Source: Camelus ferus (taxonomy: Eukaryota). Taken from it: a stretch of 64,000 nt of DNA. Position 1 is the first letter of the stretch. Each line of letters begins with the position of its first letter. A program made the position numbers and the translations under genes. The notes below the pieces were generated by a model. The model saw nothing but the letters and a program-made list of their open reading frames with translations. It searched no databases and was not told where the DNA came from. Location: NCBI RefSeq assembly GCF_009834535.1, contig NC_045696.1:24120001-24184000 (forward strand), given 5' to 3'. This document shows, in pieces, positions 24,363 through 37,400 of the stretch.

Positions 24363-27129
24363 TCTTGCTCAGATGCACAGTTTTCAAACTCATCACTGGA
24401 GCGCAAGTGAAAAGGTACAGAAGCAGGTCTGGCTTCTGGATGCACACCACCCTCTGTCATCCCGACTGTATTTTTGCAAGCCCGCCGTAACAAGAGGATG
24501 CCACCCAGTCGTTTATCCTGTTCTCTGAGTTTGGATTATTTATAAGAAAAGAAGGGAAATTTAAAACAAAGCTAAACCCTTTGGAAACATCAAGTCTCTA
24601 GCTTTTATGTTGTGTCATCCCTGGACAAGCCACAAACCCTATCGAGCTCATTTTCCAGACTTGGCTTTTCCAAGAGCCTCCCCATTTCACAGCAGGGTGA
24701 CAGGAGTTTCATGGTTCCCAGGCCAGTAATGTTTTTGGTATGCAAACTCTGCTCTTTGGGCTCCGGGCTTTGCTCCCTTCTACAGCGCTTTCTTTGCTCA
24801 CTGCTTTTCTCTTGGAGCACACCAGCCCCACAGCCAGCTTTCCAATGCCTCTTCCCAAAACCCGGGATTAGGGCTGCACCTGTTTGAGATTTATTCAATC
24901 TGAAAAATAGTAGGACTCCTCAAGAATGCCTGATTACCTTTGCTCTGAAAGCAGTACAGTTGGGTATGTTGGCAGCACACTTAGGACAGCCAAAGCCGCA
25001 GCCCTGGCCTCCAAATTCAGTCCCAATTACCATAAACAAAACACCAATTACCCCAAACAGAACACAGCAATTGAACCTTGATTTATAGCCTCGCCTCACA
25101 ACTCCACCTGCCTCTCATTCCCAGAATCTTGCCACCTGCTCCAGGCAGGAAGGTTTAATAAAGTACAAGCAAAGGTTATTAGAGTTTACATAGCTGACAG
25201 CTATAAGATACAAGAGAAAATTAATCTGATTTTATATTCACTATAATAACCCAAGCTTAAAGATGAGAACATGAGGCTTCTTGAAGTTCTTTTCATTTTC
25301 TTTTCTTTTTTTTTTTTTTGTTTTGAGTAAAGATGAATTCAATGAAGCAAACATGATTATCCCAGTTCCTGAGAATTTACAAGACTGAGAATTTAAAACT
25401 AATACGAGTTCAGTATTTTGTGAAACTCCTATATACCAACTCCTCTAGCCCATAGCCTTTGGTCTCTTGTCCCACTGCACACACATGCAATACACACACA
25501 CATGCACACATACACACATGGGAACCGGAGAGAAGAGGTGAGGGAAGCAGACACGACTCTTGCTGTAGATTTAGAAGGAGCACTGGACAGGATCAGCCGA
25601 CGAACACACATTTCTGCAGCAGGGTCTGTACCAACTGCCCGAGTGGTGGCATAACTTACTGACACTTTCAATGATCAGCAGTTTCATCTGGAAAATGACC
25701 CTTGGTTCCCAGACTGAAAAGATGAAAGAAGTGAAGAAAACAAAACTTGTAAGGACAAAGGTGTTTCGGCACTGAAAGCAGGAAGGCGATGAAGAGACAG
25801 AAGTAGGGTCTCCAGAAAGGATGCTCTTGGCTTGCTTTCTCTAAGCCATCATGCCAATCTCACCTGTAATTTCCGGACAAATTCCCTTTCCTCTCATCAT
25901 GTTCAGATTTCTTCTTTGTAGAAAATATACTGATACTATAACAAAAAACCGGGAATGGAGGATAGTGGTAAATTTTGCCTAATATTAAACTGTTTAGCTA
26001 GAGTACAAAGCTAGAGCAACTATTTCTTGACATAATCAATCAACTCTGGCCCCCTGATTTCCACCCACAACTTCTTTTTGGTGCTAATTTTACATTTGTC
26101 TTTGGCATAAATTAAGGTTAACTGCCTTTGATGATCTAGGAAGAGTTGCTCTGGGTGGAGAAAAGAATAACATATCTTTTAAAATTCAGTTGCTGGTTCT
26201 CAATACCAGTGCTTGTATGAACGCCTGGTTACTTGCTATCACTTTTTATATTTCTTAACCTATTCCTCAAATAGCACTCCAAAATTCTTTGATATGATAA
26301 GACCAGACCTCGTGCGTGTTTTCTCATCTCTAAACACTTCAGTTCTTGTATATTTCAAGCTGCTCCCTCCCTCGCTTTTAAACTATTTATCCCCTCCCCA
26401 AGGCATCTCTGCCATTTCTGAGTCTAAAAGATGGATAATAACTCTGTTTCCTTCAGTGCAGCCCTTTCTCATGTCCTTGAAACATGTATCTCCTGGCTTA
26501 ACTCTTGAAATAGTTTCTCATTTTTCCAAATGTGGGTGTAAGTTTTCCATCCATTCCTGATAGACTGTGCCTTCCCTGAGATCCGTCCGTCCACACTGCT
26601 GTAGCGATGGTCCTTTGGTTCAGGCTCCATCTGTTATACTCAATAAGGATGCAAAGAAAGCAACAAAAATATGAGTTTGGGGTTGTTGTTCTGATGGAGA
26701 GAAGAGAGTGAAGAGAAAAGCTGGACCCTTGACCTACCTACTCTGCAGAGGCCACTAAAGGGAGGGGAAAAAAAGAGAAGACCTCCAGAGTCCCCGGGGG
26801 AAAAAAGGAAATTTGCCTTTTATTAAGCATATCCTATGTAGCAGCCAATGCTACACTAAAAGAATCTGTGTGTGTATTTCTACCCAGGGGCAGAAAACTG
26901 AGCCTCAAATCTGCATAGAATGAGTAGTGTTTACCTGAATTCAGCCAAGAACCAAGAGTTATTCTCTACTCTGTTGCGAGCCTGTCTAAACTTTTCATCT
27001 GGGCATTCAAATCCCTCCACAATTTAGCTCCACGTGACCCATCCAAATTTACTGCCTGTTTTTATGCGTTATGTAGCCTCTCCTCAAGCCATCTCATCAC
27101 AATCTCTTTATGTCTGCGCTCATGCTCTT

Positions 27130-27350
27130 ACATGGTGGAAATTGTCGTTTTTGGAGTGGCTAGATCCGTGTTTGGGTCCTGGTTCTGTCATTAACTTGCA
27201 GTGAAATTTTTGAGCTGCAAGAGCTTTATCTTTACAATGGGGCTATTCTTTGCAAATTTAATGTAATGTACTGTTGGGCTTAGAAATATACATAAAGGAC
27301 TTGGCCTTCGAGCTGGCATGCAGGAGGCACTCAATGATCTGTTACTGTGC
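27130..27350 (+). mobile_element. MIR SINE embedded among L2 fragments
   Basis: tcctggttctgtcattaac...ttatctttacaatgggg...ctggcatgcaggaggcactcaat. Confidence 0.55.
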
Positions 27351-27748
27351 CATCATTATGTTTATTACTGCGTGTCTTCTCCACCCTTCTCATCTTCTAA
27401 ATCTTGCTCATCAATCAACTCAATACTCAAGTTCTCAAGTTCTCTTTGAAACCTTTTTTTTCACTCCTGGTTCAAATCTATAGATTTATTTTCTTCATAT
27501 ATTTCACACTTGACAGTATACTATTTTTTATGGCACAAGCCTGATCTTAAAGTCCTAAAATGCAAAGGCAAAATCAAAATCTTATGGGTCTCTGGTGAGG
27601 ATGAGCCTTCAATAAATGAGCAGTAAATATTTGCTGAATTTTCACCTGTTCAGGGAGTTTGTACTTACTGAGCTTCTTAGGATCTAGGACCATGTTTTAC
27701 AATATTGTCACAGTCAGCATGTGAAAAACTCTTAACTTGAAATAAGTT

Positions 27749-27812
27749 ACCTGAATCACTATGCTGTACACCAGAAATTAACACAGCATTGTAAACTGAC
27801 TATACATCAATA
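27749..27812 (+). mobile_element. Ultra-short L1 3' terminus
   Basis: ctgaatcactatgctgtacaccagaaattaacacagcattgtaaactgactatacatcaataaa; imperfect flanking repeat at 27724-27748 and 27813-27838. Confidence 0.85.
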
Positions 27813-29794
27813 AAAAATTCTTAAACCTGAAAGAAGTTTCAAAAAAAAAAAAAGAAATGTTAAAATTCTATCATATAGTTAACATAGAAAATGTAACATT
27901 GCAATATAATGGCTCTAACAAACTATTTTTGAAAATACCTGCTATATGGATTCACATATTCTAAGAACTTTCTAAACTCAGAATTAAAGTAAGTTGGAAA
28001 CACACTCTTTTTAATAAAGCAAAAACCCTTATAATTAACATAAAAATTGCTCCCTATGTGTGTTTTCCTCTTAACTTCACTGAAATGAAATAAATCAACC
28101 GAAGGTTCTGAGAGCTGGCCCTCTATATAAATAACCTGTGGTTTGCTTTTGGTTCAATATACTGATTTACACAGCACATGCAATGTTATAAATTATCTTT
28201 GGTAAGATATAGGTGAACAGTTTGAAGTGATGACTACATTACACAGTTTAAAGAAGAATCTAGAGATATTTTTACTTCCACCCTGGAGATCTTGAGGAAA
28301 GTTAAAGGACAGTGATATGTCAAGGCCAGAATGTGGATCAGTCTTCACCTACTTTCTCAGAGATTAGTAAACCTTCTTCCCTGAACTGTACAGTTTTCAG
28401 CCACACCCAGACACACCCAGCTCTGCCTCTGGGACCTGCCCCAACCAGCTTTCTCACCCAGTACAGGATCTAAGAAATTCTTTTGTTCCTCTTTGTATGA
28501 ATCAATTTGTCTCACCATTTCCTGCTTTTTTCAGAAGTTACTTCAATAGTTTATTTTTAGGAGCAAGTTTGGAAGTTGCCAGCAGTTATTACATTATCTA
28601 CAAAGCTCAGAGTCAAAAACTAAAGTGCAAAACTTACCTCTGGTGTCAATCAACTTTCTAATCTATATGACCAAGTTCCTACTAATCATTAGGACTGTTT
28701 CCTCCCTTTCACATGTTTTGACTTTCCTCAAGTCCTTTACTAACTGTTCTGTCGACATATCTTTTGTCACAAGTCAAATTTGGAGGGGGATAGTTGGTAG
28801 GGAGGATTGGAAAGTCTCAAACTTCTCTGAACTATTTTGTTTAATTATGTAAAAACTTTACTGCAGAGAAAAGAGAATCCTCAAAATAAACTGAGATGAA
28901 TTGCTAATAGATTCTAAATGATTTAAGGTTTAGGTAGCAAGTTTTGGTCAGTACCCTCACCCAAGAGTGTTAAGTAGTTAGGGAAGTGTCAAGTACATCT
29001 TCATATGGTTGGTTTGCGTGATATCCATTTAAAGATTCTTGCAGATGATGAAAATGTTGCATGTCTAGAGGCATCCTCTAAATCAGGAGATGTCTGTGTC
29101 ACCATAGCTGTTCTGGGCGGGAAAAAAAAAAGACAATGGACTGGTTCAACCTTTCCCGCAACAAGTATTATCCACCACCTACTGTTCTATGCAAGCAAAG
29201 CAGTGCGTGCTTGGCCCAGGGAGCAGTCAGCCCAGGAAAACACCCTGCACCACAGGAGCAGTTGCAATTAGGACAGGTAATCCACACCTAAAACGTAACC
29301 ACGCGCCAGAGAAACGGATGGAGACGCTGCACAGTCAACTTCAGGTCTCAGGTCCATCTTTTTCGGAAGGACGTTCACCTTCTATTGATCTCGATGTCCT
29401 TTTTCATAAAACTTGAGATGCCAATGAGGCAATCTTTCAAATTTTCTTGAGGTCTGAAATTCTGTGATCTTATGAAGCAAAGTATGACATGATATAATAA
29501 GGGCTAAAGTTTTGTAGTATTTACAGCTAGAGAACTGAACTAAGGAATTCTAATCTTGCTCTACCATCAAGCAAGGGAGATCGGAAGCCCCAAAGCCTGA
29601 AGGTCCTGGAGCTCCCGTGGCAGGGGCAGCACCAGGTCTGTCGGAGGTCCGGGGAGACAGTGAATGCAGTGATGTCATCTGCAACTGCGACTGGGACATC
29701 AGGTCTGGTCCTCGCCCTGCCATTTTCTATTTCATGACTACGGTCCTACCACGCTGCTTCTTCCTGTCCCTACAACACACAAGCGCTCATCTCC

Positions 29795-30325
29795 ACCATG
29801 GCTCCTCCGAGATGCCCACACCTTCAGAATCTGTGAAAACGCTACCTCACCTGGTGAAAGAAACTTTGTTGATGTGATTCATTTAAGGATTTTAGATGGG
29901 GAGATTAACCAGAGTTATCTAGATGGGCCAAATGTTTAGTAGCAAGGGTTCTTATAAGTGAAAGAGGGAGTCAGGAGAGTCAGATTCAGACAGATCTAAT
30001 TACAGACGTTCCCTGGCTGGTTTTGAAGATAGAGGAGGGGCCATGAGCCAAGGAATGTCAGCGTCTTCTAGAAGCTGGGAAAGGCAAAAAAACAAATTCT
30101 CCCCTACTGAGCCAAGGAATGTCAGCGTCTTCTAGAAGCTGAGAAAGGCAAAAAAACAAATTCTCCCCTACAGCTTCTGAAAGGAAAGCTGCCTGACAGC
30201 ACCTTAATCTTAGCCCAGTGTAACCCACGTTGGACTTCTGACTTCTAGAACTATAAGACAGCGATCTGTGTGGTTATAAGCCCCTAAATTTGTGGTATTT
30301 TGTAACAGCAACCATCGGAAACAAG
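29795..30325 (+). mobile_element. MLT1D-like solo LTR (ERVL-MaLR), apparently nested in an L2
   Basis: ttaaggattttagatggggagatta; gggccatgagccaaggaatg; ttggacttctgacttctagaactataaga; tttgtggtattttgtaacagcaacc. Confidence 0.88.
30044..30171 (+). repeat. 64-bp tandem duplication (2 copies, 63/64 identical)
   Basis: Copies at 30044-30107 and 30108-30171 differ only at gctggga/gctgaga. Confidence 0.97.
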
Positions 30326-30650
30326 TGCACCTGCCTTGGGGTCTTTCCACTGGCTGTTCCCAGTCCCTGGAATGCCTTTCCCTGGAATCTTTACATGGCT
30401 GACTCCTCTTTGTCACTCTTGCCTCAATCTGTGAGTCATCTTTTCTGACCGTATAATCTAAAGGAGTCATCCAGGCTTCCAGTCGATCCTCTGTACAGTA
30501 TGAGTGCCGTTTCCCCAGTTTGTTTGCTTATCGACCGTCTCCCTGTCTATTAGTTCAGCTACGTGAGAACAGGAACCTTGTCTGTCTCAGCCGCCAACCC
30601 ATTTACAGTGCTTAGAACAATGTTTGGCCTTCATCAACATTTGTTGAAAG
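30326..30650 (+). mobile_element. L2 3' end
   Basis: ggctgttcccagtccctggaatgcctttccc...gtgagaacaggaaccttgtctg...cagtgcttagaacaatg...catttgttgaa. Confidence 0.8.
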
Positions 30651-33013
30651 TAGGATTTAGGGAACCCAGGGAGGGTTCAGTGGATCTGAATCTTACAGAA
30701 AGTTTCTATGAAGTACGCAAAGGAGCCACAACACATATACTTTTATCATCTTTTAGCCATTGCAAAAGCCATCTGTTACCACCAAAAAAAACCCCAGCAC
30801 CTTCTCTCCATTTTGATTCTCTCTTTTTATCTCCACCTGTCTCAAGAGCAAAGTTGAGAAAATGTGAGAGTGGTCTGGAGAGTCCCAAAAAGTAAACTTT
30901 GGGATAAAGATGGTGCCTAATATGTGTAAAGGTCTTTGGGTTCTTAAGGAATAAATGGCACCATATAATAATGTTAAAAGACTAAATTGAAAATTTCACT
31001 TTTATGTATCTGTTTGATTAACTATACAACATTGCTACTTAAGCAAAATTCTGTTGCAGCAAAAATAAGCGTACTTCTCCCCCCTCCCCTGAAATTTGTT
31101 AGAATGGCATTTCCCTTGTGTTGCATTTCCTTAGACCTGTGCAAAAACAACTCCTCCCAAGATAGAAAGCAATGCACAGCTGTAGCCCAGGGAAGCGTCA
31201 CGTTGTGCTCGGAATATCAGAGTTTTAAATCTACCAAAGCTGGAAAACAGATTAAGAGTTAAGGCTGAAAGTCTGTCTTTAATGTGCTCTATTATGCACC
31301 AGGCATTACAGTTAATATGTCCCTTCAGAGTTTGATGACCTACTTTCGTGGGCTTACAGATGCAGCAGGACACATTAAGGACAGTGGTTCAGCAATGATT
31401 GTGAATTTCCTTGCTTCCTCTGATTGACCTCATGCTCCTAATATTTGGTGATGTTTTGAGTGAGTGGAGGAAAGATACTGGTGGTGAAAAGATGGTGAGA
31501 GAAAGAGAGTGAGAAAAATCACTTTATTTATATGATCACTATAAATAATGCAACATCAAAAGAAAGAAGACAGGATTTTTTTTTAAACATCCACTATACA
31601 TCAACAGCGCATCTTTTTTTTTTTTTTTTTTTTTTTTGGTCTTTCAATATTTCAGCAATATTTTCTCTTTAATTAGATTTGAAGTTCCCAGTGGAGGTCT
31701 TTAGGGTTTTTATTTTATTTTCCCTTTGATCAGAATTTGCAAACTGGCAGTATTGGCCAAGTGATGCTTGTACACATGTTTTGTCTGGTAGCATCTGGCT
31801 TAATTTTTTCTTTTTTTAATTGGAACACCTTTAGGCGGGCATAGCCACTCTGGTTCCCAGTAGATTCAAGCACTCCCTGTTTCTTACATCTGACTGATTC
31901 ACACATTTACTCTCCAGATATTCCTAGCCCCCAGTGCAAGAGTCCCTGGTCTAGTATATATCTGGCTTATGAGTGCATCTTGGGCCATCTGACTCTAGAT
32001 TCCGCCATGTATGAGCAATGGACTCTTCACTCTGTTCCCATTGAGTAAGACTATGACTCATACGTATGCAACCCTATTTATCACTACCCAGTCAGGATTT
32101 CTTCTGACTTGTGAATTTAGGTAGTGGAAAATCTTCCAAGTGTAAAATTTATTTCCAAATTAGCTGTATTAACTAACCTTGCCTCTTTTCAGAAAGGGTT
32201 TAGGATAGCTGTTAGATATAAAGACCCATGATGGATTATTTTTATTGAAAAGCATCAGTTAAAATAAAATCTGGATAATCTTAGAAATTGATGCCGTGTG
32301 TTTGGCGGAATCAGGCATGACAGACTGCTGTTTTGTGGAATTTGTTAGAAATGCACTTTTGAAGTAGGAGACAGATGTTCTATTTTCAAAGCATTTGACA
32401 CGACTGATAGACATAAGATTTTGTGCTGGGCCAGGGAAGACTCTGGGAATCCATGGAGCAGTAATCAGCATACATCTGTTTCTAGAGTGAGTCCAACTGG
32501 GCAGAGGAGCCCACAAGAGACAATTCTCAGTGGAAAGTGCAGAGTGGAAGTAGGAAAGCAGCTGGAGGAGGTGGAGCAGGTGTTGAGACCTGTGTGGTAA
32601 CCACCATCCAGGGCGGCCAGCAGTGACTCCTGTATCCTAGGAAGGAAAAGAGGAGGTGTTTTTATGAGACTCAGAAAATCCTGAAGAAGAGCACATCTCC
32701 CTTTCTCTAGAGTCCAATTATTTTCTCTGCTTCTCCACATCCAGTTCATTCACTCCCCCGTTCAAAGTTGAGGAAATGTGGGGATATACATTTTAAGGCA
32801 AGCAAAGTCCAAACCACCATCATCTCTCATCTGACTTTTGCAAAGATCTATCAGCTGCTCTTCCTCAACAGCAGCCAGAAATGGTTTTTAAGACAGAAAT
32901 ATGACCACATCACACCTTTTCTGGCAGCCCTCTAACTGGTTCCCCTCATTCTCACCATAAAGCCCAATGCTTTTAACCTGCCTTCAAGATCCTACATGAT
33001 GATCATTCTAGCC

Positions 33014-33222
33014 CAAGGTTTCTCAACCTTGGCTCTATTGGCATTTTTAGCTGAAAAAATCCTTTTGGGGGGATGCAGGGAGTGTCAGGGGCTGTTCTCT
33101 GCCTTGTAGGATGTTTAGCAACATTCTTGGCCTCTACCAAGTAGAACAACCTATCCCCAGATGTGACAACCAAAAATGTCACCAAACACTGCCAAATACC
33201 TGCCCTTGATTGAGAACAACTG
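33014..33222 (-). mobile_element. MER20 (hAT-Charlie)
   Basis: caaggtttctcaaccttggc...tgtaggatgtttagcaacat...gtgacaaccaaaaatgtc...gattgagaacaactg. Confidence 0.9.
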
Positions 33223-33356
33223 ATTGATCCAGGCCCTGCCCTGACTGCAGCCTAATTCTGCACCACTCACTTCCTGCTTCCCAACCACCACCACCACCCT
33301 CCTCTTCCCCAGCCATACTGTCTCCCTAGCACCTCCTCAAATGCAACCTTCCACTA

Positions 33357-33725
33357 TGTCTTAGTCTTCTCAGGCTGCCATAACAACAATAGCATAGACC
33401 AGAGGCTTAAACAACAGATATTTATTTCTCACAGTTTCGGAGCCTGGGAAGTCCAAGAGCAAGGTGTCAGCCATTCAGTTCCAGGCGAGGGCTCTCTTCT
33501 TGGCAGGTAGGTGGCTGCCTTCATGCTGTGTCCTGTAGGATAGACACTTCAGGTTTCTCTTTCTCTTCTTATAAGGACGTGAATCCCATCACCAGGGCTT
33601 CACTCTCACTGAACTCACCTAATCCTAAGTACCCCCCCAGGGCCCTACCTCCAAATACCATCATATTGAGAGTTAGGGCTTCAACATGACCTGGGGGAGG
33701 GAACACAAATATTCAGTCCATAACA
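33357..33725 (-). mobile_element. MLT1A-like solo LTR
   Basis: tgtcttagtc...gctgccataacaa...ggcttaaacaacagatatttatttctcacagt...atattcagtccataaca; both termini present. Confidence 0.9.
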
Positions 33726-34179
33726 TCATTTTTCCATTTACTTGTTTTCTACTCTCTTACCTGCAACTCTGGACTATCTAATTCTTACTCATCCTTTAAG
33801 ACGGATTCTTTCCTGATCCTGGTACTTAGCCTCCCGCCCCTAAACCTTGCCTGCTTTCATAGCATCTGTTTTTTGCACAGGGATTATCGTCATTGAAATT
33901 GATTTTGTAATCAGTTCCCCATGTTACTCTTTCAGCACTGACAGCTTCATCAGCATAGAAGCCACATTTGTATAGCTCAGTGCAGTTTCTGGGTCCTAGC
34001 ACCATGCCTGAGGCACCACATCCCCAAATAAGTAACTAAAGACAAAAAACAGATGAAGCACTAAAACCCAAGATGCCCAGAGAGGGACGTGACCGCAGGT
34101 ATGCCCTGAAGCTGCCCGCTTGGAGATTTTCTGTTAGATGGTGTTACAGTGCATAATAATGACTATACCTGCTCTAATA

Positions 34180-34400
34180 GGAATAGCTAACATTGACCGA
34201 GCACTTAATTTATGCCAGGGACTGCACTGTATATTTATTATATCAATGAATTCTTAAAATCATCTGATGAGGTAATAGCTATTAGCCTCCCCATTTTATA
34301 AAGAGGTTAAGTACATTGACTAGGGTCACACAGCTACAAAGTGGCGGGGCCAGAATTCATACACCAGAAGTTGAACCTGAAGGCTGTTATTCTACCATCC
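34180..34400 (-). mobile_element. MIR SINE
   Basis: atagctaacattgaccgagcactta...tatgccagg...cccattttataaagaggttaagt...ggtcacacagct. Confidence 0.85.
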
Positions 34401-37400
34401 TGTATGGTATCGTCTGTCATGAGTTAAGGAGCTGGGAGTTAGATTTTCAGCCCTTCATCAGACTGTATGATAGGAGATTTTTTTCAGGAGCCTGAGGGCT
34501 ACAGAGTGTCTGTGTCAAGGTCTAGATTCTTAAGAAATCATTCGTAAGTGGAGTACCTATTGCCAACTGATTGTTCTCAGTGTTGTTTGGAAGATGCGAG
34601 TTGGGCATGTGGACGTTAGAGCATAAACAAAGGGACAAGGAAGTTAAAGACTGTCTCCCTAGCATAATCACATCCATCTAAAGTCTCATTCTCATTAGCA
34701 AACTTCTATTAAAATTAATAAGCATGTAAGTCATTCATATCTCAGTATGAATGATCGTGAGTCCATAATAAGAAAACTTTCTTCTGATACTGTGTGTGTG
34801 TGCATGCATGTATATGAGTCTATAACAACCAGGGACTCTGGGACCCTTCACTGCAGAGTAGAAATGAAAAGGATAACTCAGAAAGGAGTTTGGAAAAGCA
34901 TAAGCTTTGATAGGGCCACTAAATACTCAATTTCAGAAAAGTAGGTGGAAGACGGCACTGGGTATGAAGTGGGAAGATGCCAAAAAAATCATTGCTACCC
35001 ACTTTGCAATTACTCCCAGGGCCCGGAGCTGAGAAAAAGTCATCCTGAAGGCTACCCTTGGCACTGTAAACTTGCAATAAACTTTTCACTTTGCCAAAGC
35101 AGAAGTAGCCATGGTTTGTAGTTCACTTTCCTTCCATTAATTTAATCTATGGCTTTCATTTTGTCTATCTGTAAAAGCAAAAGGGATACTAATACTTAGC
35201 TGTGAGCCAGAGAAGTGACTTATTAGGCAAGATGTACATATCATTATTTATGGCACACTAATAGTTTAGCCAAAAGTCTTTCTGAAAATAAGACTTTTAC
35301 TGAGAACAGATTCAGGAGAAAAATAAGCGTTCTATACATAGTCGACTGAATTTTCTCTCTTCTGCAGTTATAATTTCATCTACCCAATTTTGATGCATGT
35401 ACTCAAGTGACAGAGAAGGCTCAAAATATAAAGTCCATCTGTCTAATGGCGGTTTGGCCTATCAATCACATTTGTCATTCCTTGGATTAAGTTGGTCAGC
35501 TTTTTGGAAAATGAGGAAGGTGGAAATGCCATAACAAATTGTGGCGAATTGGGGGGATTTGGGTTAATGAACCTGTACCAGTAGAAATCCAAGATCCTGT
35601 TTCTTGGACTCCCTTCAGGGTTAGGAGAAAGAAAATATGCTCTCAAAGGTGGAGCCTTCGTCCCTTTGGCATCCTCCTGAGGCATCCGCCCTGGTCATCA
35701 TGATACTGTCTCAGGGCCCTGGCTATCAGTCCCTCATGACTAATTAAAAACTTGCATAACAGCAATGTTAAAGGGCTTGGAGTCCTTTCCCTCTGAAAGC
35801 AGGACTCTGGCTCCAAGTTTGGAGCTCGGTGATATCAAGCTAATTCTACCGCATGGACACAGGCTATTTTTGAGCAAAGCCAACTCTAGTGGATCACTCC
35901 CTACAGTGGGAACAGGAGCCGACCTTGGGTGACCCTGAGTGGCCTGGACATCATGGCTTCTCTTGAGAAGTTAAGCCATGCAGTTCAGGAAACAATGAGG
36001 AGTGTTGCCTGCAAAGGTCATGATGCTGGAGAGATGAAATAAACCTAGAACTTCACCCCAGAAGTGAAAATCCTTACTTCTTTTCCTCTTCTTTTCTTCC
36101 TCTCTCAGAAGAATGGAAGAAGGTGGTGAGATAAGTGAAGTGGCAAAATGGGTGCTCAGCTTATGCATAATGTAAGTAACATACTGATCTATTTAAAAAT
36201 AAGTTTCGTGACTATTTTTGTTCTCTGGGAAAGTCCTATGTGTCCTGTTAAGTCATTGTTCCTAAGACTGAGAGCATCTCTAAGGGAAGGGAATTGCATA
36301 CTTACACTGTGCATGTATATACTCTCTGATTGGGTCAGTATTTAATATGTAAATATGAATTATTTTACACCCAATGAGTGAAAGGAAAACTTGATTTAAT
36401 TTCGGAACATTTTGCATAAACACATTATCAGACATTCATGCAAATTAGGTGCTATTTTTTCACAAAGGACAAAGTATTAGAGGGAAGCAATGAAGAAAGG
36501 AAGGTAGCTCTCACCCAATTACTTCTCCTCATCTCCTTCAGAGAGGTGGAAAGGTTATCTTGTAATTCTTTCCCAGACAGCTAACTCGCCTTATTCCAGG
36601 AGTGCAGAGGCAGGCAGCCTTTTCTGTTCACATGCTACTGGGGGAGGAAATTAATCCATATACTGTCCTGTCCTTCCAAATACAGCCCAGAAATCCTAGG
36701 TTCTGTTGTCTTTTAGTCTGCCCTCTTTCCCCTCATCCCTGCTCAGGTAAGGTGGAGGGGGGCTGCAACAATGACAAGGAAATCTTAAAGAAAACTGAGC
36801 ACGTGAGTTCCTCACTTTTCTTTCTTTTTTTTTATAGCATCTCTCTCCTGAAGAAAGTAAAATAACATTAAGTTCCAATGGTGTTGAAGAATAGCACAGT
36901 AACGGTAAAGAATTTTTCAACTTTAACTAATTTGTAAATGCTATCAAAGCACCAAAAGAATATCAGGACCAGAGTGATGATTTCCTAATTGTTCTGAGCC
37001 TAATGGATTTTAATTATGGATGAAAACATGCTCGGCAATTTTGCTGCACATATTGTCCTTGTGATAGCGTTAATTGCCTATATTAAAAAATTATTATATC
37101 AATACGTCATTCAACAAACATTGTTGAGCCCTCACGTTGTGTCCTGGACAATGCGAAGCAGGGAATGAAATTTCATATGAAATAAGGCAGAAGCTCTCAA
37201 TGAGCTTGAACTCTGATCCTGGAGAAAAGGCATGACATAATATACGCCTCTTAGGAATGTGGTAGGAAACACATTTCTGGGAGTGCTACACATGTTTTAA
37301 AAAAAAGAGGAGGGGATTACTTACCACTAGCATAATCATGAAAAGCTCTTCAGACTAGATAGCATTTAATACTGAAATATAAAATAATATTTTGTCCACA

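Larger units (their letters stand above)
32810..34040 (+). mobile_element. L2 3' region interrupted by MER20 and MLT1A
   Basis: L2-like segments at ~32810-33005, ~33225-33355 and ~33730-34040 appear colinear (accaccatcatctctc...; cttcaagatcctacatgat; ttcttactcatcctttaag; cctagcaccatgcctg). Confidence 0.6.
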
